From Octopus sinensis (Eukaryota): 64,000 nt of DNA. The notes under the pieces were generated by a model that ran no database searches, had not been told where the DNA came from, and saw only the letters and a list, made by a program, of their open reading frames with translations. Made by a program: the position numbers and the translations under genes. Within the stretch, counting starts at the first letter, position 1. Each line of letters opens with the position of its first letter. Of the stretch, positions 49,230-60,913 are shown piece by piece. The stretch spans positions 165,850,001 through 165,914,000 of the forward strand of contig NC_042997.1 in NCBI RefSeq assembly GCF_006345805.1. The letters are read 5' to 3'.

Positions 49230-51016
49230 CAAAGGAAGGAATTCCGCTTGTGCTGTGCATCCGGACCATTTGCCCTGATATCGAGTTTCCATGGAGCAAA
49301 TATCCCGATGGAAGCGCTCCTTGTTCCTCACTGGAAAAATTGTCAAGACGTGAGTGCAAAAAGTACATCTTGACACTCATTCTAGACGTAAGTTGTTGGA
49401 AACTTGAAATCAAGTCTTGGATCATTTTTTTTTATATTCTGGGGAGCGGCTGTTTTCCAAGAAGTTTTGGACAATCTGCATGAAAGAAAACCAGGCATTC
49501 ACTTTGACACCTGTTAATGTTTCCTCAAAATGCTTTTCCTTTATCAGTTCCCGAATCTGAGGGCCAACAAAGAGTCCTTCCTTTGGCTTCCCTTCACCTA
49601 TACGAGAAAACTTTAACTCCGCGTACTTGAAAGCAACTCCAGCCTTGTTCGGGCCTTCAAAAAACTTTTCGTAAGCCTTAATTTGATGTGGTGTGGTGGC
49701 AGCAGAATTTTCTTGGAGTCAACACAGCTTTCATGTTGTGATTTCCGGGTAAGAAGCTGGTTCTTGGTGGCCAGTCTTTTTGTTCATAGTGATGCCTGTC
49801 TGCCCTACTATCTCAAAGACAAAGGAAACAGAGAAACTTGGTGTATCTTCCTTGAAGATCTTGAAGATCAACAACTTTTAACTCACCACAAATGAGAAAA
49901 TTGTGATTATGGCATTTGATAGCAGTTATTAGTGTCCTCATATTTTCATAAGTTTCTGACATTTGGACACTATGGCCATTTGGCACAGATACAGCTGTGT
50001 TGCCATTGTATAGAAGAACAGCCTTTAAACTTCTGTTGGACGAATCAACGAAGAGCTTCCATTCATCTGTGTTCAATAAAGTCAGAAATATTTGAATAGA
50101 AAGCCAAAGAATCCTGATTCTTAAAGAGCTGAGTGAATTCGACGAATGCTGTCCCAGGAGCTAGAAGCCTGTGTTCCTTCAGTCTAGAGCAAAGTAACTG
50201 TGCATTTTCTTTTGAAATGTTAAGTTATCTCACCAAGTCATTGAGCTCAACTTGACTGAAGAGGTTGGGATCGTCATTTGTTGGTAGTTCATAGTCTACG
50301 TCTTATTTCTTTATTGCCCACAAGGGGATAAACATAGAGGGGACAGGCAAGGACAGACAAAGGGATTAAGTTGATTACATCGACCCCAGTGCGTAACTGG
50401 TACTTAATTTATCGACCCCGAAAGGATGAAAGACAAAGTTGACCTCGGCGGCATTTGAACTCAGAATGTAACGTCAGACGTAATACCGCTAAGCATTTCG
50501 TCCGGCACGCTAACGTTTCTACCAGCTCGTCGCCTTATAGTCTACGTCATAGTCTACTTCTATCTTATTAGTATTACTAGTATCAGACCCTGACGAAATT
50601 TCTCATGTCTCAGGTGGCACAGGTACAAGAATATCAGCTGAGTGTGGAACAGATCTGATTGCTGATGGAATATTTGAGTATATTATGCGATTCGTAGTCT
50701 TCCTGTTGAATCCAGCTACTTTAGTCATACAGAACTAGCAGTCATTATGGTGGTTTATCTGCTCCCGCTATACCATTAGTACCCCAAAGGGAACACATTT
50801 TAGTTTTCAAACTGACCACATTTGGAGCTTACTAATGAAACTCTTTTAAGCTTTGTGAGGGACAAATCGCTTGTCTTGGTCTCCCAGTTTGTGGCCAAAA
50901 TAAGCTAAATAGCAGCGCTTCAACAAAAGAGTAATATTGTTCCGGGAATCTGAAGGGCTGATTTGCTCACAGACAGAGCAAAATATGCCTGGTGAATTTA
51001 TGCAGCTTGTAGACAT
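49230..51016 (-). mobile_element. Decayed Chapaev3-like (CMC superfamily) DNA transposase, interrupted by a SINE at 50303-50536
   Basis: N-terminal SCINSPGIFCSVC...YLAYFGHKLGDQDK..VPH...NDCxFC; core EWKLFVDSSNRSLKAVLLYNGN, ICGELKV, YTKFLCFLC; C-terminal SEEQGERFHRDI..METRYQGKW. The family assignment is from memory of these motifs. Element ends are not resolved. Confidence 0.75.
50303..50536 (-). mobile_element. SINE family A, tail type 1, inserted into the Chapaev-like transposase
   Basis: 12-bp TSD ATAGTCTACGTC at 50291-50302 and 50537-50548. Confidence 0.92.
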
Positions 51017-51131
51017 ATTCCCAATCTAAAAATAACGAAAAATATATTAGATCTAACATTTAAATAAATATAAGATAAGCATTTTCATTGGTAATATACT
51101 TTATCATTGACTTATGATATACAGTTGACAG

Positions 51132-51716
51132 AACAATTTTGTAGAGGAGTAATCTTGCAGGAAAAGTCCTAGCAAGATTACTCCTCAACAGGCTTGTTCT
51201 GTCCATCGTCGAAAATCATCTCCCAGAAAACCAATGTGGTTTCAGAGCCAACAGGGGTACAACAGATATGGTTTTCATTCTCAGGTAGCTCCAAGAAAAG
51301 TGCCGGGAGCAAAGCAAAGCACTTTGCGCACCATTTTTCGATCTGACAAAATACGCTTGACACAGTGAGCAGAAAAGGTCTGTGGCAGAAGTAAGCTTGA
51401 AAGGTCTGTGGCTGGAAGTACGCCTGAAAAAGACTGTAGTCCTACACCAACCAGCTCCTCAGGAAGAATATAGCCCGTCCAACATCACCATTGCCGAAAC
51501 AGAACTGAAATCAATATAGCAGTTCACTTATCTTGGATGTACCATCTCATCAGATGCGAGTATCGACAAAGAAATTGACAACAGACTTACAAAGGTAAAC
51601 AAAGCATTTGGCGGACCGCAACGTCTACAGGGCCGACTGCTATCATCTAAGACTCTTCGAACGTTTTCACCAACGCTGCCTCAGTACCATCCTCAACATT
51701 TATTGGATCGACTACA
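51132..51716 (+). mobile_element. Internally deleted RTE (BovB-like) RT fragment
   Basis: AGKVLARLLLNRL, LPENQCGFRANRGTTDM, LQEKCREQ, FTYLGCTISSD and EIDNRL. Confidence 0.88.
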
Positions 51717-51987
51717 ATACTTGTGATCGAAAAAACATTTTGAAAAAGTTTCTATTTTTTGCTAACAATTAACCTTAAATTTATTATTTGAGTTAATTTT
51801 TTAATTGCAGAGTAGCTAATAAAAGCTAATATTTTTAGTTTTTAAATCTAAATATATTTTTGAATTTTAACTATAGTTGCAATATGTTATGTATAAATAT
51901 GCTTGTCCTGTGCTTTTCCAGGTTTAATAACTTAAGAATATTAACCTCCCTGTGTCCGCATTTTTCGATGTAATCCACTTTTTCCCC

Positions 51988-52046
51988 AGTGACAATAATT
52001 TATAATAGTGACAATAATTTATAATAGTGACAATAATTTATAATTT
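51988..52046. repeat. 19-bp tandem repeat x3
   Basis: AGTGACAATAATTTATAAT three times. Confidence 0.9.
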
Positions 52047-53483
52047 TACCTGATTAAAAAATTTTCATTTATTTAATACTTTTGTTGAATAATTTTTCAA
52101 TTATTTTTCATGTTTGATGATTGAATTAAAATAAGAATAATTATTAATCTAAAAAATGCTGAATTATAAGATCACTTTAGTTACACTGGCTCATGAAAAA
52201 ATCGAAAATTGTAACTAAGATTTGAAAATGAGCGAATGCATCCACCCTCGGGAACGTGGAGCCATGCTCTCATGGCAGGGTACCCACCACCTTTGTAGAG
52301 AAAATTATTGGAATAAATTAATAAAAGTAGATTTATGATAGAAAAGTGATACGTATTTACAATTTGATGTTGGACTTCAAGCAGTGTTAGATTGCCAACA
52401 CATTGAATAAGTTGTAAATAAGTATTAGTTTGTTAGATCATACGAAAAAAAAATCGGTGACAGGTGAATTTTTTTTCGTTGTAGTAGTCAAAAAATGCAA
52501 GTTGCTGCACTGGAAATGCTAAATATTAATCCAAACTACCTAAATGCAAGATATAAACAATCAATATATTAGTCAATCAAACTACAAAGTTAATTAATTA
52601 TGGGAAATATAATTGCGAGTTTAATTAAGTAATCAATCATTAATTAGTAATTAAAAGAAGCAAAAAAAAAAAAAAGAAATGCACCTATTTGATTCTAACC
52701 ATTCATACGTTTTTGTTTTACTTTTATTTATTTTTTAACTCGCATTTGTTTTTTGATTTTGAAATAAGAAAGTTACTTTGATTCAAAGTCGATTTTTCGC
52801 CTTACTCTCATATTTTGACGTAACTTTTTTTTCCACAGAACCAAATTTCAATAGTTTTATGCTAAAATGTAGCTTTGGAGGTGCCTATTATAGAACTGCT
52901 AACAGTTTTGAATTTCGTTGAGAAATGAGTTAGTAACAAAGCTTTGAAGAGGCTGAAAGTGAGTAAATGTCAACCTTAAGAATATTATTCAATCACTTCC
53001 GTTGTTGAAAGATATATATACATATACATACGGAGCAAATAAATAATTCAGGAGAAAATACTTGTGAAGATATTATTGACTCTATTATTATCTAGTGTAA
53101 CAATTAAAAATTATAATAAAAGAACCAATAATAAAGGCGATTGCAGGCTCAAAAAGCATTAAATAGCTGAAGGATTAAAATTAATCAAAAGTCATACTAA
53201 GTATGTCTACTTGCTGGAAATAAAAGTCAAAACTCTTATTTAAATCGTGTTCTTTTTTCTTTTCGGCGATTTAAATAAGAGTTTTGACTGTTATTTCCAG
53301 CTGGTAGACGACGGGCCTCTTTCAGTTTCCGTCTACCAAATCCACTCACAAGGCTTTGGTCAGCTTGAGGCTACAGTAGGAGACACCTGCCCAAGGTGGC
53401 ACGCAGTGGGACTGAGTCTGGAACTTTGTAGTTGGGAAGCAAACTTCTTACCACACAACCGTATGTATATTTATGTATGTATG

Positions 53484-53610
<127 letters not shown>

Positions 53611-53709
53611 ATTTCAACAATTGAGGGTAAAATTAATTAATTAATTAATCAATTCACCAAGTATTCAGTATGCAAAGGGACCATTTAAGGCAAATTCAAA
53701 TTATTACAT

Positions 53710-53900
53710 TATATAAAAGGGCTTAGTAAAATAAATTACTTTGCCGCATACTGAACTCGTTAGAAATAGCAGCTAAAATTGAATTGAGCAAACACTATAT
53801 GAGAGAGTTTTCTTTAAGTGTTAGAAATAGTTTTTTAGCTGCTATTTCTAACGAGTTCAGTATGCGGCAAAGTAATTATTTTACTAAGCCCTTTTATATA
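53710..53900. mobile_element. Foldback/MITE-like element with ~68-bp near-perfect inverted repeats
   Basis: 53710-53778 is the reverse complement of 53833-53900 except for one extra A; spacer 54 nt; set among (TA)n. Confidence 0.7.
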
Positions 53901-54523
53901 TATATATTAATATATATTATATATATATATATTATATATATATATATACATACACACACACACATAAATATATGCACGCGCGCGCGTGTTTTATGACTTT
54001 CGGTTGAATTAGAGACTAAGGGGTCCAATTGAAATGATTCTTATATACGTATACAAAACTATTAACTTTTCTTTTGTTTCCATAACAACTATTTCTCTTT
54101 TTCTCTAGTTTATTTCATTACGACCAAGACTCACATTTAAACTTGATTGACACGTTCCTGAGTTAATATTTCACAATAAACAACAACGCAAACAAACAAA
54201 ACTAACTGGGCCTCAAAATCGAAATGAATGACACGAAGCGATATAGTGAAATAAGAACTAGGAAACATGCAATGCCGCTGCAGTAATTTTCAATTATCCC
54301 ATCTTCATCCGGTAACCTGAACATAATTTCAAGCTACTTCCCGTTAGCCTGAAATCTTTTCCAAGTTACCAGGAAGTAGAATGAAATCTATCTCGAATTA
54401 TCACCGAGACTTAGAATGAACGTAATTTCATATTAACTCCAATGATTTCAAATTACACCGTCAAACTCTTTCCAATGTCTTCCGTTATCTTCTGGTTAAA
54501 AAGAGATCATTATTCATTAGTCA

Positions 54524-54937
54524 GGCGCAGGAGTGGCTGTGTGGTAAGTAGTTTACTAACCAGCCACATGGTTCCAGGTTCAGTCCCACTATGTGGCACC
54601 TTGGGCAAGTGTCTTCTGCTATAGCTTCGGGCCGACCAAAGCCTTGTGAGTGGATTTGGTAGATGGAAACTGGAAGAAGCCTGTCGTATATATATATGTA
54701 TATGTATATATGTATGTGTGTGTATATGTTTGTGCGTCTGTGTTTGTCCCTCTAGCATTGCTTGACAACCGATGCTGGTGTGTTTACGTCCCCGTCACTT
54801 AGCGGTTCGGCAAAAGAGACCGATAGAATAAGTACTGGGCTTACAAAGAATAAGTCCCGGGGTCGATTTGCTCGACTAAAGGCGGTGCTCCAGCATGGCC
54901 GCAGTCAAATGACTGAAACAAGTAAAAGAGTAAAGAG
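54524..54937 (+). mobile_element. tRNA-derived CORE-type SINE family B (GGCGCAGGAGTGGCTGTGTGG...GGCACCTTGGGCAAGTGTCTT...GTAAAAGAG tail)
   Basis: A/B boxes, a CORE-like GCACCTTGGGCAAGTG segment and an internal TA/TG microsatellite. Other copies at 23366-23660, 25195-25380, 37340-37500, 38410-38790, 39664-40025, 40034-40440, 41190-41350, 48737-49206 and 53310-53470. Confidence 0.9.
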
Positions 54938-55022
54938 AGTAGTCATAGTAATATAATTAGTACTGGAATATATTTAATGTACTAAATCCTTACCACAAAT
55001 TTCTAACTTCGTGCCTATACGC

Positions 55023-55521
55023 TTTACTCTTTACTCTTTTACTTGTTTCAGTCATTTGACTGTGGCCATACTGGAGCACCGCCTTTAGTCGAGCAAATCG
55101 ACCCCAGGACTTTGTAAGCCTAGTACTTATTCTATCGGTCTTTTTTGCCGAACCGCTAAGTTACGGGGACGTAAACACACCAGCATCGGCTGTCAAGCGA
55201 TGTTGGGGGGGACAAACACAGGCACACAAACACATGCACATACATACATACATACATACACACATACATACATACATACATGCATGCATACATGCATACA
55301 TGCATGCATGCATACATACATGCATACATACATATATATACATACATACACATATACACGATGGGCTTCTTTCAGTTTCCGTCTACCAAATCCACTCACA
55401 AGGCTTTATTCGGCCCGAGGCTATAGTAGAAGACACTTGCCTAAAGTGCCACGCAATGGGACTGAACCCAGAACCTTGTGGTTCGTAAGCAAGCTACTTA
55501 CCACACAGCCACTCTTACACC
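55023..55521 (-). mobile_element. SINE family B, inverted relative to 54524-54937
   Basis: Reverse-complement match over the whole length apart from the microsatellite. Confidence 0.9.
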
Positions 55522-55786
55522 TCTGTTAAAAACTATTTATAATAATAATAATGGTTTCAAATTTTGGCACAAAGCCAGCAAGTTTGAGAGAGGGATGAAT
55601 CGATTGCATAAACCGATTCAACTGGCACTTATTTTATTGACTCCGAAAGGAAGCAAAGCAAAGTCTACTTCGGAAGAAATTGAACTCAGAACGGAAAGTC
55701 GGTCGAAATACCGCTAAGCATTTCGTTCAGAGTGCTAACGACTTTGCCAGCTCGCCGTCTTAATAATAATAATAATAATAATAATA

Positions 55787-55848
55787 ATTTCTTTTATTGG
55801 CCACAAGAGCCCAAAACATGGAGAACAATATCAAAGGACGAGATACAG

Positions 55849-55890
<42 letters not shown>

Positions 55891-56830
55891 TACACACACA
55901 AACAGGTGGGGTTTACATCGATCAAAGGTAGACACTACAAAATTAAAGTATATAACAGAAATTAGAAAATTAAGTAATTAAGTAATAGTATCCCCAAGAA
56001 ATCCACTCAGTCTCAACAGTCTTGCCACTCTCATCCACCTTTTGATAAACATACTAGAAGGCAGAACCTCCTTCTCTATCCTCACCTTCCTCTTCAAATG
56101 ATTTTTGGAGAAATTGATGAGAGCTTGACCAGATAGAAAAGTACCTGTCTTCAAACGTTTCAGATAAGTCCACCACACAGCCTCTTTTGTCACAGACAGC
56201 TTCTTTTTTCACCACACAGCTACTACGCAGAGAAAGAGCTGCCTTCCGCCTCTGCTAAAGGAAGGTGGTGCGTCGATCTTCAGTATACGTTTGGTGGACA
56301 ACTGGATTCGCCTTACACAAGACAACAACTGCTCAATATAAGCCCACAAATCTTTAATGCTGAACGATTTCATGCAGGACGGTTTCGTCCCCCTTGCATG
56401 CATCTCGAACAGGTTCGGCTGTTGGCACTTCCATGCCTGAAGACCTTGTCTCGAACAGGCAATGCCCTACTGTAGCACTGTCGTGCCAAAGACTTTTGGA
56501 AATTGTCCATGATCTCCCCATAAGTCCTCCAGAAGAGACCACTCAGACTGTTCATGTTGATGTCCAGATTCAATTCCCGGCCATCGTCGCTCATGCCCTC
56601 AACTAGTACCCTATAGGTTGTTTTCCCGCTAATGGTTTTGTCCAGCTGGAAAAGTGCAGTGAGGTTGTGGAAACACTTTAGATGCCAAACGCCCAATCTT
56701 GGTTCACGCTTGACCCATGACTGCAGCTCCGAGGCCAATGAAACAGCTTGTAAGCTCCCTAGAAAAATGTGCCAGGATACATATATGACTGGTCGGTCAA
56801 GTTAGCTCTCTATGCCGCGGACTCATATAT
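55787..56830 (-). mobile_element. 5'-truncated L1/Tx1-clade LINE (ORF2 C-terminal zinc finger, 3' UTR, tail)
   Basis: ALPVRDKVFRHG...TCSRC..GDETVLH....IKDLWAYIEQLL (zf-RVT-like, frameshifted), then a 3' UTR with (TG)n, ending cttgtggccaataaaagaaat plus (ATT)n. Confidence 0.75.
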
Positions 56831-57409
56831 TACTGGTCGGCCAGGTTAACTCTCTACGCTCCAAACCTTGTACAAATCTCTCACCCACTTCACAGAATTT
56901 CTCCCCCACAAAGATAGCAGCAACAAGACTAGCAGATTGAATACTGCCGGTCCACTTTCTATGGCTATAAAATGTAATGAACACAAAGAAATGAACAATA
57001 ACACCTCTAAACAACAATGACAACACAGTGCAAAAACAACAGCAGTAACAATGGTCTGCGAAAGGACAACAATATCAACAAAACTACCGTGGCCACGAGA
57101 AATAGTAAAAATAGCTAATACAACGTAAATAATAAGAAAGACAATAGGAACAATACTGTCTACAACAGTACTACCGCTACGACTGACAATTACAATACAA
57201 GCAAATAGTATTGGATACAAATTTTGGCACGAGGCCAGCAATTTCAGGGAGGGGATAAGTTGATTACATCGACTCCAATGCTCAACTGGTACTGATTTTA
57301 TCGATCTCGACAAGATGAAAGGCAAAGTGGAATTTGAACTAACCTAAGCATTCTGCCTGGCGTGTAAACGATTCTGTTAGCTCGACGCCTTATACAAACA
57401 AATGATATA

Positions 57410-59760
57410 TTCTAGGTATAGCATGAAAAGGTATACGGTTGTGGCCTCCCGACGTGGGGATAATGAGGTTAACCTTAACCACAACTACCTTCAGGTCACT
57501 GTTGGGTAAGGCGTGAGACGGTGAGACTGAAGTTGAAATAAATTAGCAATTTGGAATGGACCAGACCCTGGTGGAGTACAAAGCTACTGGCTGAAGAACT
57601 TTATACAATTACATGAAAAGATCACTACACAACTGGATGAATGCCTGCAGCATGGTCATGTCCCTATCTAAATGACAAGTGAACGAATACTGTTATGTCT
57701 CAAGGACCACATTGAAAAGTAAATTGGTATCAAATTTTCGACCTATAAACTGCTTGCCACTTAGGCGGAAGCTTATAACCAGTGTCTTGGTGAAAAAAAC
57801 CCAAAACAATCTATTTCCAGAAGAACAGAAAGGTTGCAGGAAAGTAGAGCAACTAAAAATCACTCATTAATTGATAAAATGATAGTTAGAAATTGTAGAC
57901 GCAGATTGACGGGACTGGATGTAGCATGGCTGGATTGCAAGAAAGAGTATGTCATAGTACCACACAGTTGGGTAAGTAAAACAATGAGTATGTTTGGAGT
58001 GGTAGAAAATATGGAGAAAATGGTTACTGAAAGTAAGAAACATTGGAATATTGAATTGACAGGAGGAAAACAAAGACTTGGGAAAGTGAACACTGGATGG
58101 GGTATATTTTGAAGTGACAGCTTATTGCCACTATTTTTTGTATTGGCCATGATACCGCTCAGTTTGATATTATGGAAAGTTAAAATAGCTTATGATCTGG
58201 GAAAAGGATATGGTCAGATAAATCATCTCTTTTTTATGGATGATATTATGACATTATACGAAAGATGATAAGCAGCTTGTACATACTGTTCGAGTTTTCT
58301 CAAATGATGTTGATATGGAATTTGGGATTGAAAAGTGCGCTATATTAAAAATGGAACGAAGAATATCTGAAGGAAAATAGGGAATTGAAATGCCAAATGG
58401 GCAAACAATGAAAGCGGTTTAGAAAGGACAGTGTTATAAGTATTAGGGGATACTGGAGGCAGATGAAATAAAACAGTAAAAGATAAAACAAATTACCAGT
58501 AGGGAGTATACAAGGAAGGTGAGAAAAATATTACTATGGAAGACGAAGTAAAAAAAAAACGTTATTGAAGCAATAAATAAAAAAAAAAGCAGTTCCGGTT
58601 ATCAGATGTGGAATTGGAATTGTAGATGTGACGAAAAACAACATACAGAATCTTGACAGAAAAACTAGAAAGTTGTTGACCGTGTACGGAGGCTACCTTA
58701 CGAAAGCTGGTATGAACCGGTTGTACTTTAAGAGAGAGACCAGGGTGGAAGAGGCTTAATTACTGTGGTAAAGTGTGTATAGATGGAAAGAAAAAGCCTA
58801 CTAGAATATTTACAGAACAACGCAGAAAAACTACTAAAGACAGTAAATAAGGAACAGAGGATCAAGTGTGGAATAGGAGAAAAGGACAAGAATGAAATTC
58901 AAAGAAGGAAAAGGTTAAACAGATTGAAGAGAAATCTTTGCATGGTCAGTTTTGGAAAACCACTGAGGATGTATGTGAAACAAAAACTTGAGCTTGGTTA
59001 AAAAAGGAACTGTTAAAAAAAAAAGAAACTGAGAACCTTGTTACAGCAGCTCAAGATCAATCGAGGAAAACAAACAACCTGAGAAAATAAGTATATGGGG
59101 AAAAGGAATTAGAAAAATATAGAGTCTGGAATTTGGAATGAGACAGTGACACACATTGTTGCAGAATGACCCAAGTTGGCCAGGGAGAATATAAGAAATG
59201 GAGGCACGACCGTTGTGAAAGTTTTACACTGGAAGCTTTGTCAGAAGTGGGGATTTGAAGCTGGAGGTACATGGTATGACCATCAGGTAGATAGAGTGCT
59301 GGAGTAGAAAAACAAAATTTCATGAGATTTCTCTATTCAAACGGATAAGAAACTAGAAAATAATAGATCAAACATGACAATAATAGGTTAGGAAAAACAT
59401 AGTTGCTTACTACTTGATCAATCATGTCCGTTTGATTTCAGGATTGTAAAGAAACAAGATGAAAAAATTTTTAAATGCTATCTTTTACAATTTGAAATTG
59501 CAAGAATTTGGAGCATGAAAACAGTAAAGGTTATGCCGATAATAATTTGTGTATTGGGTACTGTGAGCAAAGATACATATAGACAAATGGATGACGAAAA
59601 CTGGAATTTGACGAAAACTGTAAAATTTGCCTCTTATGAACAGGAAAAATTATCAGAAGGGTTTTAAGCACTTGAAAGACTATTGAAAGCTTGTGGATAC
59701 CATACGAAGTAAATTCTACCAGGAATCAAATCAAACTTGAGTCAAATCACATAATAATAA
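57410..59760 (+). mobile_element. Decayed R4/Dong-clade non-LTR retrotransposon (RT plus restriction-like endonuclease)
   Basis: PDGVQSYWLK, NFRPINCLP, FPEEQKGC, AWLDxKK..VPHSW, GIFxSDSLLPL, NHLFFMDD, ETVTHIVAExPKLA, RHD, and a decayed DFSIQTD/RPD-type endonuclease region. Ends in (TAA)n. Confidence 0.85.
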
Positions 59761-60047
59761 CAGACAAAATTCTTAGCGACATTTCGTCTTTATGTACATT
59801 CTGCGGGGTCGACTTTGCCATTCATCCTTTCAGGCTCGATAAATTTAAGTACTAATCGAATACTATGGTCGATGTTAATGGACTAACATCTCCCCTGTAG
59901 TTGCTGGTCTTGTGCCAAAATTTGAAATCATTATTCTTACTTATTTCCATATCTAGATATGTCTCAAATGCTCCGTGAGTTTTTGCATTGTTTCCGTTAT
60001 TAGAAAGATATTAGAAGTGTTTGTAGATAGGTGTCCTCATCTGTTAT

Positions 60048-60089
60048 CACAACGTTTCGGCTGACATACTCTCCAGTCTTCATCAGGTG
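60048..60089 (-). ncRNA. Hammerhead ribozyme variant, second copy
   Basis: Reverse complement reads CAC-CTGATGA-A-GACTG(gagagtatgt)CAGCC-GAAACGTT-GTG. The ACGT palindrome is kept; stem II has one mismatch. Confidence 0.7.
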
Positions 60090-60913
60090 TTCTGGTGGAA
60101 TTTCGAATCTAACCCTTTATTTGACTAATGGGGTACACTGTTCTCATTCCTAAAGTACGTTATTTTTCTGTTGATATTATCATAATAATATATGATAATA
60201 TCAACAGAATATTATTTTAAAGTCCCTTCCTGTGATTGAACTTACAATCCGAGGGTTAGTACTCCGCGCTCTTACCCACTGCGCTATATGCTCGTGGGCA
60301 ATTATAGAGTGAATTTTAGGGCTTATAAACCTAGTATCTTATCTTTTCTTCATACTGGTTCTCATATTACACTCATATCTGCACAAGGTCTGCTTAGGTC
60401 TGCGTGTACTCTATCCCATGCAGTTGTGGTAGGCTATATAAAGGTGGAACATGCGTTCCCTTAAAGGAAGGGTAAAGGAATATCGTAAAGCTGTGACACG
60501 AGGGGATGTTGAAAAATTGGGTATAGCCGATCATGTATGGAAAAACGGAGACCATCTCCCGCTGTGGGATGAAGTTAAAATAATCGACAAAGAACATCAC
60601 TGGCAAATACGAAAATTAAAAGAGGCTGCACATATGCTAGGACACAATAACCTCCTAAGCAGACCTAGTGCAGATATGAATGTAAAATGGGAACCAGTAT
60701 TAAGAAAAGATAAAATACTAGGCTTATAAGCCCTAAAATTCACGGGCATATAGCATAGCGAATAAGAGCGCGGCTACTAACCATCGGATTATAAGTTCAT
60801 TTCCAGGAAAGGGATGAACTTAGAAAATAATATCCACAGAAAACTAACATCAGCAACATTCCTTACGAATGTGAATAGTATACCCCATTAGTCAAATAAA
60901 GGGTTGGGTTCGA

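Noticed and set aside
52184-53097. Possible Tc1-like MITE with TACACTGG / CTAGTGTA ends
   Set aside because: The inverted match decays after ~10 bp; too weak to call.
60255-60270. CTA (amber) anticodon in the tRNA-like pLTR head
   Set aside because: The anticodon stem is imperfect and differs between the two copies; not a suppressor tRNA.
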